A program made the translations under genes and the position numbers. The notes below the pieces were generated by a model. The model had not been told where the DNA came from. It ran no database searches and saw only the letters and a program-made list of their open reading frames with translations. From the IMG/VR virus record IMGVR_UViG_3300027387_000003, positions 16,589 through 80,588 of that record: a stretch of 64,000 bases of DNA; one strand, 5' to 3'. This document shows positions 29,756 through 38,583 of this stretch, piece by piece. How positions within the stretch are numbered: position 1 is the stretch's first letter; every line of letters starts with the position of its first letter. Source of the stretch: a virus.

Positions 29756-31337
29756 GGGGACTTTACTTCCTTATCAGCCAGAGGCTGTAGACCGCATGGT
29801 TGAACGTCACAAGGTGCTAGTGGCCTATGACCTAGGCCTTGGTAAAACTGTTATTACTATTGCAGCCATAGAACGTTTGATGGATGAGAACAAAGTTACA
29901 GAGCCAGGTCTTATAATCTGCTTATCCTCATTAAAATACCAGTGGGCTAATCAGATTGAGAAATTTACCGATGGAACTTCTAAAGCTTTGGTCATTGATG
30001 GAACGCCAAAGAAGCGGGCAGCCCAATACGCAGAAGCTATGGACTGGAGGAATTCAGGGGTTGATTACATCATTCTTAACTACGAGCAAGTTGTTAACGA
30101 CTGGGATACCATCAAGGACCTACCACGAGGATTCGTTGTCCTTGACGAAGCCACAGCTATTAAGTCTTTCAAGTCCAAACGTTCCCGAGCAGTAAAGAAG
30201 CTAATCAATGCTAAATATAGATATGCACTCACTGGTACTCCGATTGAAAATGGTAAGCCTGAAGAGTTGTACAGCATTATGCAATTTGTTGACGCCAGCG
30301 TACTTGGTCGGTTTGACATCTTTGACGCTGCTTTTATTGTAAGAAACTCTTGGGGAGCACCTCAGTATTACCGCAACCTTTCTACCCTACACACAAGGAT
30401 GAAGGAAGTCTGCGTACGTAAGGCGCAGAAAGACCCAGATGTGTCGCCTTATCTACCTGACACCATCCATAAAGACCCTATAAAAATTGTCTTTGATAGA
30501 GCATGCTCAAAGTTATACACACGCATCTCACAAGATTTGTTAGCGGACCTTGATGAAGCTCAAGACTTGTTTGGTTCTAACTTCAACGTAATGGCGCACT
30601 ACGGCATGGAGTCCACACGTGGTGGGCCACAGGATGAGATGCGTGGAAAAATTATGTCTAAGATTGGAGCATTAAAAATGCTCTGCTCACACCCAGAGTT
30701 ATTAAAGAGTAGCGCTGCAAAGTTTAAACTAATGTCAGGAGAGGGTTCTGCTTATGTCACTGAACTGGTTGATGGGGGTCTTCTTGATAGTGTTGGTAAC
30801 TCGCCTAAGCTTGACTATCTTACTCAGTATGTTAAGGACTTCTTGGACCAGAATCAGGAAAACAAAGTAGTCATATTTGCTACCTACGTAGACATGCTTG
30901 ACAAGATTGCCGAGGCTCTAGGGCCAGAGCAGTGCCGACTATACTCAGGGAAACTAGATGCTAAAACTAAAGAAGATAACAAAGTTGCTTTTAATAGCGA
31001 CCCTACTGTTCGTGTTCTTATTTCTTCCGATGCTGGCGGTTATGGTGTAGACCTACCTGCAGCTAACATGCTGATTAACTATGACCTACCGTGGTCATCA
31101 GGTACCGCCACACAGCGTAACGGACGTATTAAGAGAGCCTCATCAACTTGGCCCTCTATCGTAATTCAAGATATAGTTATCGCAGGGTCCATTGAAGAAC
31201 GTCAATGGGAAGCCCTACAACAAAAGAGTTCTATTGCTAACGCTATTATTGATGGCGAAGGAGTAGATGATGATGAAACTAAGGTGTCAATGTCTGTAGG
31301 AAGCCTAAAGTCCTTCCTTCAGTCATCTAACGTCTAG
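29745..31337 (+). CDS. SNF2-family helicase
   Basis: DLGLGKT, LDEA, LTGTPIEN, QRNGRIKR; AAGGAG RBS before ATG 29745. Confidence 0.92.
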   Translation: MTFKGTLLPYQPEAVDRMVERHKVLVAYDLGLGKTVITIAAIERLMDENKVTEPGLIICLSSLKYQWANQIEKFTDGTSKALVIDGTPKKRAAQYAEAMDWRNSGVDYIILNYEQVVNDWDTIKDLPRGFVVLDEATAIKSFKSKRSRAVKKLINAKYRYALTGTPIENGKPEELYSIMQFVDASVLGRFDIFDAAFIVRNSWGAPQYYRNLSTLHTRMKEVCVRKAQKDPDVSPYLPDTIHKDPIKIVFDRACSKLYTRISQDLLADLDEAQDLFGSNFNVMAHYGMESTRGGPQDEMRGKIMSKIGALKMLCSHPELLKSSAAKFKLMSGEGSAYVTELVDGGLLDSVGNSPKLDYLTQYVKDFLDQNQENKVVIFATYVDMLDKIAEALGPEQCRLYSGKLDAKTKEDNKVAFNSDPTVRVLISSDAGGYGVDLPAANMLINYDLPWSSGTATQRNGRIKRASSTWPSIVIQDIVIAGSIEERQWEALQQKSSIANAIIDGEGVDDDETKVSMSVGSLKSFLQSSNV

Positions 31338-31410
31338 TGCCCCATAGCTCAGTTGGCAGAGCATCGCACTGTTAATGCGAGTGTCCCTGGTTCGAGTCCA
31401 GGTGGGGCAG
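31338..31410 (+). tRNA. tRNA-Asn(GTT)
   Basis: Acceptor TGCCCCA/TGGGGCA, anticodon loop CTGTTAA, GGTTCGAGTCC. Confidence 0.92.
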
Positions 31411-31414
31411 CAAT

Positions 31415-31490
31415 GCGGTTGTAGCTCAGTTGGTAGAGCGGCACCTTGCCAAGGTGCAGGTCGCGAGTTCGAGCCTCGTCAACCGCTCCA
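31415..31490 (+). tRNA. tRNA-Gly(GCC)
   Basis: Acceptor GCGGTTG/CAACCGC, loop TTGCCAA, encoded CCA. Confidence 0.95.
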
Positions 31491-31491
31491 T

Positions 31492-31544
31492 TCCCCATTC
31501 GTCTAATGGCAGGATTAGAACCTACTTTAGCGGTACGAGTCCTT
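31492..31544 (+). pseudogene. 5' remnant of disrupted tRNA (Gln-like)
   Basis: TCCCCAT acceptor strand + D-arm GTCTAATGGCAGGA; its partner GTGGGGA lies at 32083-32089. Confidence 0.7.
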
Positions 31545-31566
31545 AATATAGGTATACCCTTAAGGC

Positions 31567-32046
31567 ATGAAACCTTGTTCCAGATGTGGCAAAGATAAAC
31601 CACTAGAAAGCTATAACAAAAAACGAGTCAACAAAGACGGTTCTATTGGTTATCAGCCTTATTGTAAAGAGTGTCAAAAGTCCTGGTACTCCAAGTACTA
31701 CCACACTGACCCTGCTGAAAAAGCTAGGCTATATAACAGAAATAAGACTAATCGCCTAGCTCTTAGGGATTTGGTTAATAAAGCTAAAGACAAACCTTGC
31801 GCTGATTGTGGGGTTCAATATCCTTATTATGTTATGCAGTTTGACCATTTGGACCGCAGTCAAAAAAGTTTCACCATCTCAACCGCCTCTAGAAATGGAA
31901 CTACCTTAGCTCGTATGGTTGAAGAGATATCTAAATGTGATGTAGTATGCGCTAATTGCCACATGGAAAGAACATTCGGGCATTTAAACCCAATGGCAGA
32001 TGGTGTAACTGGCAACACGCCTGGCTCTGGACCAGGAGACTTCTAG
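31567..32046 (+). CDS. HNH homing endonuclease
   Basis: N-terminal C4 Zn finger, CADC..FDH..CDVVCANCH; C-terminus runs into tRNA-Gln. Confidence 0.85.
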   Translation: MKPCSRCGKDKPLESYNKKRVNKDGSIGYQPYCKECQKSWYSKYYHTDPAEKARLYNRNKTNRLALRDLVNKAKDKPCADCGVQYPYYVMQFDHLDRSQKSFTISTASRNGTTLARMVEEISKCDVVCANCHMERTFGHLNPMADGVTGNTPGSGPGDF

Positions 32047-32067
32047 GTTCGACCCCTAGTCTGCCAG
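31994..32067 (+). tRNA. tRNA-Gln(CTG)
   Basis: Acceptor TGGCAGA/TCTGCCA, CCTGG-CTCTGGA-CCAGG, CTAGG-TTCGACC-CCTAG. Confidence 0.9.
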
Positions 32068-32070
32068 CTT

Positions 32071-32090
32071 TTCGAGTCCTTGGTGGGGAG
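32071..32090 (+). pseudogene. 3' remnant of disrupted tRNA
   Basis: TTCGAGTCCTTG T-loop + GTGGGGAG acceptor complementary to 31492-31498. Confidence 0.7.
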
Positions 32091-32095
32091 CGTTT

Positions 32096-32127
32096 ACACC
32101 CAACACCTATTGTTGGGTGTGTACACT
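32096..32127 (+). promoter_or_regulatory. 10-bp inverted repeat next to a TACACT -10 box (possible operator)
   Basis: ACACCCAACA-CCTAT-TGTTGGGTGT, then TACACT-N6-ATG. Confidence 0.55.
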
Positions 32128-32133
32128 TATACA

Positions 32134-32280
32134 ATGCCTAACGCACCTAAGACTCCGACGCGTACCATCCGCGTATCAGACCAGCTATGGACTGCTGTCC
32201 AGAAGAAAGCTGCAGCTGAAAAGATTACGGTTACCAGCATTATCATTGATGCTTTAGAAACCTATATTAAAGAAGACTAA
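32134..32280 (+). CDS. ribbon-helix-helix (Arc/CopG-like) DNA-binding protein
   Basis: TPTRTIRVSDQLW..A...T...I..AL..Y. Confidence 0.8.
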   Translation: MPNAPKTPTRTIRVSDQLWTAVQKKAAAEKITVTSIIIDALETYIKED

Positions 32281-32284
32281 TCAA

Positions 32285-32428
32285 ATGGGAAAACACCACG
32301 ATAAGATTGCTAAGGCTTTAGAACAACGCCAGGCAGCTACTCCTAACGGAGCTGGCTACAAGAAGCCAGGCTCTATGAATAAAAAGAAAACAGGTTTTAG
32401 AGGACATCGCGCTAAGGGTGCTAAATAA
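32285..32428 (+). CDS. small basic protein (47 aa)
   Basis: MGKHHDKIAKALEQRQ...GYKKPGS read by hand. Confidence 0.55.
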   Translation: MGKHHDKIAKALEQRQAATPNGAGYKKPGSMNKKKTGFRGHRAKGAK

Positions 32429-32429
32429 C

Positions 32430-32458
32430 TTGACAGCCTTCTAGGCATCCATTAAGTT
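32430..32458 (+). promoter_or_regulatory. sigma70-type promoter
   Basis: TTGACA-17-TAAGTT. Confidence 0.65.
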
Positions 32459-32489
32459 CTGTCCTAACAACCTAAACGTTAGGAAACTT

Positions 32490-32882
32490 ATGAATCAAGA
32501 TGCCGTAGTAGAAGATGTAAAACAGTTTACAGTTCTCAAAGACCAGATTACACAACTGACAGAACGTCAGACAATTATTAAAAAGCGCCTCACTGAAACT
32601 ATTGATGAGTTTGGTGTAGAAGACGAAAAAGGTCACATTGTTCTTAACTACAATGAAGACCAGCAGATAATGAAGCAACGTCGTGTATCTAAAAACCTAG
32701 ACCTTGCTGCTGCAGAAATTATTCTTAACAAAAAAGGTATTAAAGATACCTGTATTAAAATGATTCCCACCCTTGATGAATCAGCAATCATGGCTGCGTT
32801 TTATAACGGTCACTTGTCAGAAGAAGACATTGATACTATGTTCCCATCTAAGGTAAGTTACGCGTTCATCGTAGGGAAGTAA
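32490..32882 (+). CDS. hypothetical protein (coiled-coil N-terminus)
   Basis: ORF in replication operon. Confidence 0.7.
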   Translation: MNQDAVVEDVKQFTVLKDQITQLTERQTIIKKRLTETIDEFGVEDEKGHIVLNYNEDQQIMKQRRVSKNLDLAAAEIILNKKGIKDTCIKMIPTLDESAIMAAFYNGHLSEEDIDTMFPSKVSYAFIVGK

Positions 32883-33338
32883 ATGACCGATAAGATTGAC
32901 AACTTCTTATCTGATTTGGATGAGTACTATCCAAACAGTAAGCGCAAGCGTCGCGTAAAAGAAGAGAAGGTAAATAAAAAAGATTCTGATTGGACAATCA
33001 ATCCAATTAAGAAGACGTTACCTAATGGTAGGGACATGGAGTTCTACACCATTGGTGCGTTAGCGGTAGCGTTAGGTCGCCCACTTGTTACTATCCGTTA
33101 CTGGATGAAAGAGGGTTATCTACCTGCTCCCTCTTATCGCTTAGGTGATAAGAAAGATGCCACGGGAAAGGAAATCAAAGGCCGTAGGTTATACTCACGG
33201 TCCCAGATTGACGCAGCAGTTACGTTGTTTGGAAAGGCTGGCGCCCTAGATAAAACTAGGATAAAGTGGCCCAACCAGCAATTGACTGATGCAATTGCAG
33301 AGGCGTGGAGTAACATCCGCGCAGAAGAAACTAAATAA
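32883..33338 (+). CDS. MerR-like HTH DNA-binding protein
   Basis: YTIGALAVALGRPLVTIRYW..EG..P....R.YS. Confidence 0.75.
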   Translation: MTDKIDNFLSDLDEYYPNSKRKRRVKEEKVNKKDSDWTINPIKKTLPNGRDMEFYTIGALAVALGRPLVTIRYWMKEGYLPAPSYRLGDKKDATGKEIKGRRLYSRSQIDAAVTLFGKAGALDKTRIKWPNQQLTDAIAEAWSNIRAEETK

Positions 33339-33362
33339 AAACCACTAAAACAAAGGAAACAA

Positions 33363-34028
33363 ATGGCTATCAATAGAACAGATGAATACATGCCTGCTAC
33401 TGATGACTTTACAATCGACGCAGTTGTCGAGGGTCGTCCAGAGCAAGCAACATCTTCAGCAGTACAATCAGGTTGGGATGCAGCAGATAAGCTCTCAACT
33501 TCTTCAGGTGACTTTCCAACAGAGTTTAAGTTCACTGATGGTGAGTTCACAGTAATTAAGTTCATCGACCAAAACGGTCCTTTTGCAATTTACAAGCAAC
33601 ACTTCCTACAGCAAAAAACTGTTGGTAAGCGTTCATACGTTTCTCTTGGGGCTAACGACCCATTGTGCACAAAGCTTGGCAGCAAGCCTGAAGACAAGCG
33701 AGCATTTACAATTGCCGTTATTACACCCTCAGGTGTACAACGTCAGATGCTAATTGCAAGCCCACGTTTGTATAAGACACTTCACTCTGCAGAGTTTTCA
33801 CCACAAGGTCCATTGACCAAGAACTACTGGGCAATCAGCCGTACAGGCAAGATGCAACAGACTGTTTACAACCTTAACTCAATCAAGCCACGCGACCTCC
33901 TAGAAGACTGGGGCATTGATGAGAAGATGGCAGAAGATGGCGTAGCAGCTATCAAGCCTTTCGAGCGCTCTGTAATTAAGGAGCACACTTGGGAAGAGCT
34001 TGAAGAAATTGCCAACTCCCTTCTCTAA
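33363..34028 (+). CDS. single-stranded DNA-binding protein (gp32-like)
   Basis: VIKFID..PF..Y.QH, ISRTG...TVY, acidic C-terminus, upstream of DNA pol. Confidence 0.65.
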   Translation: MAINRTDEYMPATDDFTIDAVVEGRPEQATSSAVQSGWDAADKLSTSSGDFPTEFKFTDGEFTVIKFIDQNGPFAIYKQHFLQQKTVGKRSYVSLGANDPLCTKLGSKPEDKRAFTIAVITPSGVQRQMLIASPRLYKTLHSAEFSPQGPLTKNYWAISRTGKMQQTVYNLNSIKPRDLLEDWGIDEKMAEDGVAAIKPFERSVIKEHTWEELEEIANSLL

Positions 34029-34039
34029 TTTCTAGTAGT

Positions 34040-34080
34040 AGGCTGGGGGCAACACGTGCTAAGACCCCCAGCCTTCTTCT
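34040..34080 (+). terminator. hairpin/terminator between SSB and polA
   Basis: AGGCTGGGGG...CCCCCAGCCT TCTTCT. Confidence 0.55.
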
Positions 34081-34093
34081 ATTTAAGGAACCT

Positions 34094-36067
34094 ATGAACA
34101 TTATTACGACTAAAGAACAGTTAGATGAGATGGTGGCTTACTATCTTAAGCAGGACGCGTATGCGTATGACTGCGAAACAGTAGGCCCACGCCGTGGAGT
34201 CACAGTAGTTAATGAAGTGCTGTGGTTAAGCTTTGCTACACATGGTCGTGGAGATGTAATCCCAATGGGACATCCCAATGGTGAGTTTATTGAAACTATA
34301 CGTCCGCTTACAGGACAAGGGCAAAAGCGCAAAGACAAAGGTTTAGAAGTACGAGAAGCGGATTACTCGGCTGACGATAAGAAAGCCACGCAGGTCTTTG
34401 GTCCAGCCCCACAACAGCTATACCCAACAGAGGTATTTAAAGCTTTAGAGCCGTTGTTTTTTAACGAAGAGATTTTAACTATAGGTCACAACTTAGTCTT
34501 TGACCTTACATCTGTAGCAAAGTACTTAGGTGGTCGTATTCCATCAGGTCCTTATTTTGACACCATGGTTGGCTCGTTTATCTACGACAACCGCAATAAG
34601 AACAAGTGTGGTTTAGATGATTGCTTAGAGCGTGAGCTTGGGTACAAGATGACTAAGGGTGTTGGAGCACAGGTAGAGATACATGCTTTTGATATTGTTG
34701 CTAAGTACGCGTATCTAGATGCTAAGTACACCTTTGCTCTATGGAAGGTAGTAAAAGAAAAGATTAATGCTGCAGATGTAGACAACATCATGAAGCTAGA
34801 GATGGACGTGCTAGAAGTCCTTTGCCATATGAAGTTGGCAGGAGCACCTATTGATGAGAACGCGCTAGGTGATTTACATCAGCAGTTAGAAAAAGACATT
34901 GAGGCAACAAGAGAGACCATCTACTCAGTAGCTGGTCGTGTGTTTAATCTTAACTCTAATCCAGAGAAGCAAGAGTTGCTGTACACATCTAAGGACATGG
35001 GCGGTCGCGGATTAAAGCCTAAGGTTCTTACAGGCAAAGGTATTAAGAAGGACATGGAAGGTAGAGAGTTAGAAGTATCTGACTACTCTGTATCAGCAGA
35101 GGCGCTTGAGCCATACCGTGAGAAGGACCCATTAGTAAAAGCATTGCTGGAGTACGCAGACCTTAACAAGTTGTTAAGCACCTACGTAATCCCATATCTA
35201 GGAGGCGAAGTTGTCAGAACCACAGGTGGAAAATCTAAGATTGAAGTCAAAGACAGTCTCCTCGTCAAAGGTCGTTTACACTGCGACTTCATCCAACATG
35301 GCGCAGAGACTGGTCGTTTCTCTAGCCGTAACCCAAACTTACAGAACGTACCAAATCCAGCCACAGCTCACGGAAAAGCTATTCGAAACCTCTTCTACGC
35401 TCCAGAAGGCTACAAGTTAGTAGTTGCTGACTACTCACAGATTGAGCCACGAATCATTGCGTCGATGTCTCAGGACCCTATTATGTTAAAAAACTATAGA
35501 GAAGGTAGTGATATCTATACAACCGTTGGTGATGTAATGGGTGTTAATCGTCAGGGTGGTAAGACTTTGGTGCTTGCTATGGCGTATGGTGTAGGTCCAG
35601 ACAAGATTGCTCGTTCTATTGGGTGTTCTATTACAGAGGCTAAGAACCTGCTCAGTGACTTTGCTGTTAAGTTTGCCAACATTAATCGGTACAGGGTTAA
35701 AGTTATTGGCGCTACTAAGGTCAAGAACTACGTCACCACTATCATGGGTCGTAAGCGCTACATCCCTGAGATTAACTCTAAGAACTTTGGGGAGAGGGGT
35801 AGCGCTGAGCGCCAGGCGTTTAATACACGCATCCAAGGCTCTGCTGCTGACATCATGAAGCTTGCTATGATTAGGGCACACCAGATGATTCCAAAAGAAT
35901 CACACATCCTATTGACAGTCCACGATGAATTGGTCACCATTACACCTGACCATCTAGTTGATGAAACAAAGGAAGCAATTAGAGAAGCGATGGAAGGAAT
36001 CAATATGCTAGACGTACCGTTGATTGCAGACGTTAAGGTCGTACAACGGTGGGGAGAAGCCAAGTGA
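34094..36067 (+). CDS. polA: DNA polymerase family A (3'-5' exo + pol; no 5'-3' exo)
   Basis: DCET, GHNLVFD, TGRFSSRNPNLQN, DYSQIE, QGSAAD, VHDE. Confidence 0.96.
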   Translation: MNIITTKEQLDEMVAYYLKQDAYAYDCETVGPRRGVTVVNEVLWLSFATHGRGDVIPMGHPNGEFIETIRPLTGQGQKRKDKGLEVREADYSADDKKATQVFGPAPQQLYPTEVFKALEPLFFNEEILTIGHNLVFDLTSVAKYLGGRIPSGPYFDTMVGSFIYDNRNKNKCGLDDCLERELGYKMTKGVGAQVEIHAFDIVAKYAYLDAKYTFALWKVVKEKINAADVDNIMKLEMDVLEVLCHMKLAGAPIDENALGDLHQQLEKDIEATRETIYSVAGRVFNLNSNPEKQELLYTSKDMGGRGLKPKVLTGKGIKKDMEGRELEVSDYSVSAEALEPYREKDPLVKALLEYADLNKLLSTYVIPYLGGEVVRTTGGKSKIEVKDSLLVKGRLHCDFIQHGAETGRFSSRNPNLQNVPNPATAHGKAIRNLFYAPEGYKLVVADYSQIEPRIIASMSQDPIMLKNYREGSDIYTTVGDVMGVNRQGGKTLVLAMAYGVGPDKIARSIGCSITEAKNLLSDFAVKFANINRYRVKVIGATKVKNYVTTIMGRKRYIPEINSKNFGERGSAERQAFNTRIQGSAADIMKLAMIRAHQMIPKESHILLTVHDELVTITPDHLVDETKEAIREAMEGINMLDVPLIADVKVVQRWGEAK

Positions 36068-36537
36068 GTTTCTTTGACCGCTTTAAAAAAAGAGAAGAAG
36101 ACTTTCAGATATTTACTAGGGACATTCCTCTTAGCACCATCCTTCGTTGGTATATCTATGACACAGAGTTAGGAGAACCTAACGAGGTTGTAGAAATCAT
36201 GGGCCTTAATAGGGCTAGTGAAGAAGGTGACGAGAAAGAGCGTGAAGACTCTGATGAGCGTATGGATAACATCGCCTACTTACTTCCTTATTTAAATGCC
36301 ATGGCTGACATTGCAGCAGACGTTATTACTGGTGTACAGGTAGATGAGATTACTAAAGACAACCCTAACAATGCCGACGAAATTGAGCGTGAATTAGACA
36401 CTATGCGGGTGCTGTATAAAGTTGTCAGCTTATCCGCTATCATGGGAGCCTTCGCTTCGGCTATGGAAATAGGTTTAATTGAGCCAGGCGATATACAGAA
36501 GACCGAGTGGGAGAATCGAGTACTAGATGAGCAGTAA
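36064..36537 (+). CDS. hypothetical protein
   Basis: GTGA-coupled to polA. Confidence 0.65.
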   Translation: MSFFDRFKKREEDFQIFTRDIPLSTILRWYIYDTELGEPNEVVEIMGLNRASEEGDEKEREDSDERMDNIAYLLPYLNAMADIAADVITGVQVDEITKDNPNNADEIERELDTMRVLYKVVSLSAIMGAFASAMEIGLIEPGDIQKTEWENRVLDEQ

Positions 36538-36886
36538 TTGGTGGGCAAATAAGTTAGGCACACAAGCACCACAGCAAGCAGCCCCAACACCACAGTATGT
36601 AGCTCCACAGCCTGCTACATACATTCAGCCTTCACAGCCACAGTATCCGCCTACACAGCAAGCAACACCGCAAGCAGAGCGTTGCCCAGGGTGTGGCAGT
36701 GGTAACTATGGTGGCGCAACACCTGAATCACGTAAGCGATGCTACGATTGCGGATATCCAATTACTCAAAGTGGTTCGGGTATGGGTAAAGGTGTTGTAG
36801 GTAATCAAGGTGGAGGACCTACTCAAGCAGCAAAGCAAGTTTCATCTGGTGGATTTAACCCAACTACAATCATTGGACACATTTAA
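36527..36886 (+). CDS. Pro/Gln-rich Zn-ribbon protein
   Basis: CPGCGSGNY...RCYDCGYP. Confidence 0.7.
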   Translation: MSSNWWANKLGTQAPQQAAPTPQYVAPQPATYIQPSQPQYPPTQQATPQAERCPGCGSGNYGGATPESRKRCYDCGYPITQSGSGMGKGVVGNQGGGPTQAAKQVSSGGFNPTTIIGHI

Positions 36887-37947
36887 TGAATGCCGAACTA
36901 ACTAAACTAATAACAAAGATTAATAAGAAGTACGGCTCTGACACCATCGTTATCGGTTCAGAGATTACCGAAGGCATTGGTCGTTTGACTACTGGCTCAG
37001 TGTCATTAGATGTAGCCCTAGGTGGTGGGTGGCCTACCAATCAGTGGCATGAGATTATCGGTGAAGCGAGCAACGGCAAGACCGCTATTGCATTGAAGAC
37101 TATTGCTGCTAATCAAAAGAAGGACCCTAACTTTACTGCGGTATGGATTGCAGCAGAGCAGTGGGTTCCAGAGTATGCAGAGCTTTGCGGTGTAGATGTA
37201 TCCCGTCTATATGTAGTTTCTACTAACATCATGGAGGAAGCTTATGAAACAGTCATCGAGATTACTGGGTCTAAAGCGGTCGATTGTATTGTTATTGATT
37301 CGCTACCTGCCTTGGTCCCTTCAGCAGAAGACGATAAGGAGATGGAGGAATCTACTGTAGGACGCTCAGCGCTTCTTACTAACAAGTTCTTCCGCAAGGT
37401 AGGTAAGGCATCTAAGCGCTCCCTCATTGAGGCTGAGCGCCCGTTCATTGGCATCCTAATCAACCAGTGGCGTTCAAAGATTGGTGTTATGTATGGCGAC
37501 CCTCGCACTACCCCAGGTGGCCTAGGCAAGGACTACGCTTTCTTTACTCGCATGGAAGTACGTCGTGATGAGTGGATTGAGGTTGGTACTGGGCAGGATA
37601 AGCGCCGTGTAGGACAGAGTATTAAGGCTAGAGTTATCAAGAACAAGTCAGCCCCACCATCACAGGTTGCTGTCTTTGATTTCTACTTTGCAGACGGTGG
37701 AGAAATCCCTGCTGGAGAGATTGACTTTGGTAAAGAGATTATGGCTATGGGTATCCTTAACAAGGTTATTACCAGAGCAGGTGCTTACTACCGCTACGAC
37801 TTCCAAGGCGAGACTCGACAGTGGATGGGACAGGATGCTATGCTTGCCTCCATACGGGAAGAGTTAGACCTTAAAGAAACTTTAGAACGCGACGTGCTGG
37901 ACTCTATTAAAGCAGGGTCTAAGTTTGTAGCATCCGATGAGGACTAA
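36886..37947 (+). CDS. recA: RecA/UvsX recombinase
   Basis: TGSVSLDVALGGG, GEASNGKT, VIDSL, INQ.R..IGVMYGDP.TTPGG. Confidence 0.95.
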   Translation: MNAELTKLITKINKKYGSDTIVIGSEITEGIGRLTTGSVSLDVALGGGWPTNQWHEIIGEASNGKTAIALKTIAANQKKDPNFTAVWIAAEQWVPEYAELCGVDVSRLYVVSTNIMEEAYETVIEITGSKAVDCIVIDSLPALVPSAEDDKEMEESTVGRSALLTNKFFRKVGKASKRSLIEAERPFIGILINQWRSKIGVMYGDPRTTPGGLGKDYAFFTRMEVRRDEWIEVGTGQDKRRVGQSIKARVIKNKSAPPSQVAVFDFYFADGGEIPAGEIDFGKEIMAMGILNKVITRAGAYYRYDFQGETRQWMGQDAMLASIREELDLKETLERDVLDSIKAGSKFVASDED

Positions 37948-38278
37948 AGGACAGAAAGAGTCTAAGAAGCACGAGGACCGACTTGCAAAGGCAATTGGTG
38001 GACAGCGTTCAGCTGGAAGCGGTGCCTTTTGGAGTCGTAAAGGCGATGTTCGGTCTGACGATTTGCTCGTAGAGCATAAGTGGACTGGCAAAACCTCCGT
38101 AACCATTAAGGCTGCGGTTCTAAAAAAGATTGTCAACGAAGCAATCGTTGAGAGTCGGATGCCTGTCCTCGGCTTTCACCTTGATGGTGAGAACTACGTA
38201 ATGTTAACCGAAGACGATTTCCTGGAGCTGCGCCACTACCTCCAGGAGTGTAATTGTACGAAGACATCGGGCACGTAG
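37937..38278 (+). CDS. Hjc-like PD-(D/E)xK Holliday junction resolvase
   Basis: E...A, SGA, KGDV, VEHK. Confidence 0.75.
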   Translation: MRTKGQKESKKHEDRLAKAIGGQRSAGSGAFWSRKGDVRSDDLLVEHKWTGKTSVTIKAAVLKKIVNEAIVESRMPVLGFHLDGENYVMLTEDDFLELRHYLQECNCTKTSGT

Positions 38279-38571
38279 AAGGATGGCGTCATAACGCTAA
38301 GTGCCGTGGCATGGATACCGAGCTTTGGTTTCCACCAAGAGACAAAGCAAAATATAAAAAGATAGCAACCATTTCTAAAGCTACGTGCTATGGAAAAGAT
38401 GGGTTGCCAGAGTGCCCTGTTCGTAAGCAGTGTCTTTTGTACGCAGATAGCATGGATGAGCAGCATGGTATCTGGGGTGGAATGTCACACCGTGAACGCA
38501 ACGCATTAAAGCGCAAAGCAAATAAAGAAGGAAAAACATTTAAAGAATGGGTATCAGAGGAGAAGTTGTGA
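38254..38571 (+). CDS. whiB: WhiB-family transcription factor
   Basis: AKC..D..WFP, C..CPVR..C..YA, GIWGG.S..ER. Confidence 0.92.
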   Translation: MYEDIGHVEGWRHNAKCRGMDTELWFPPRDKAKYKKIATISKATCYGKDGLPECPVRKQCLLYADSMDEQHGIWGGMSHRERNALKRKANKEGKTFKEWVSEEKL

Positions 38572-38583
38572 TAGGTTGTTGCA

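Noticed and set aside
31515-32070. Group I intron in a tRNA
   Set aside because: Almost no room for a ribozyme core outside the ORF and tRNA; rejoining the flanks gives only ~62 nt without a proper anticodon arm.
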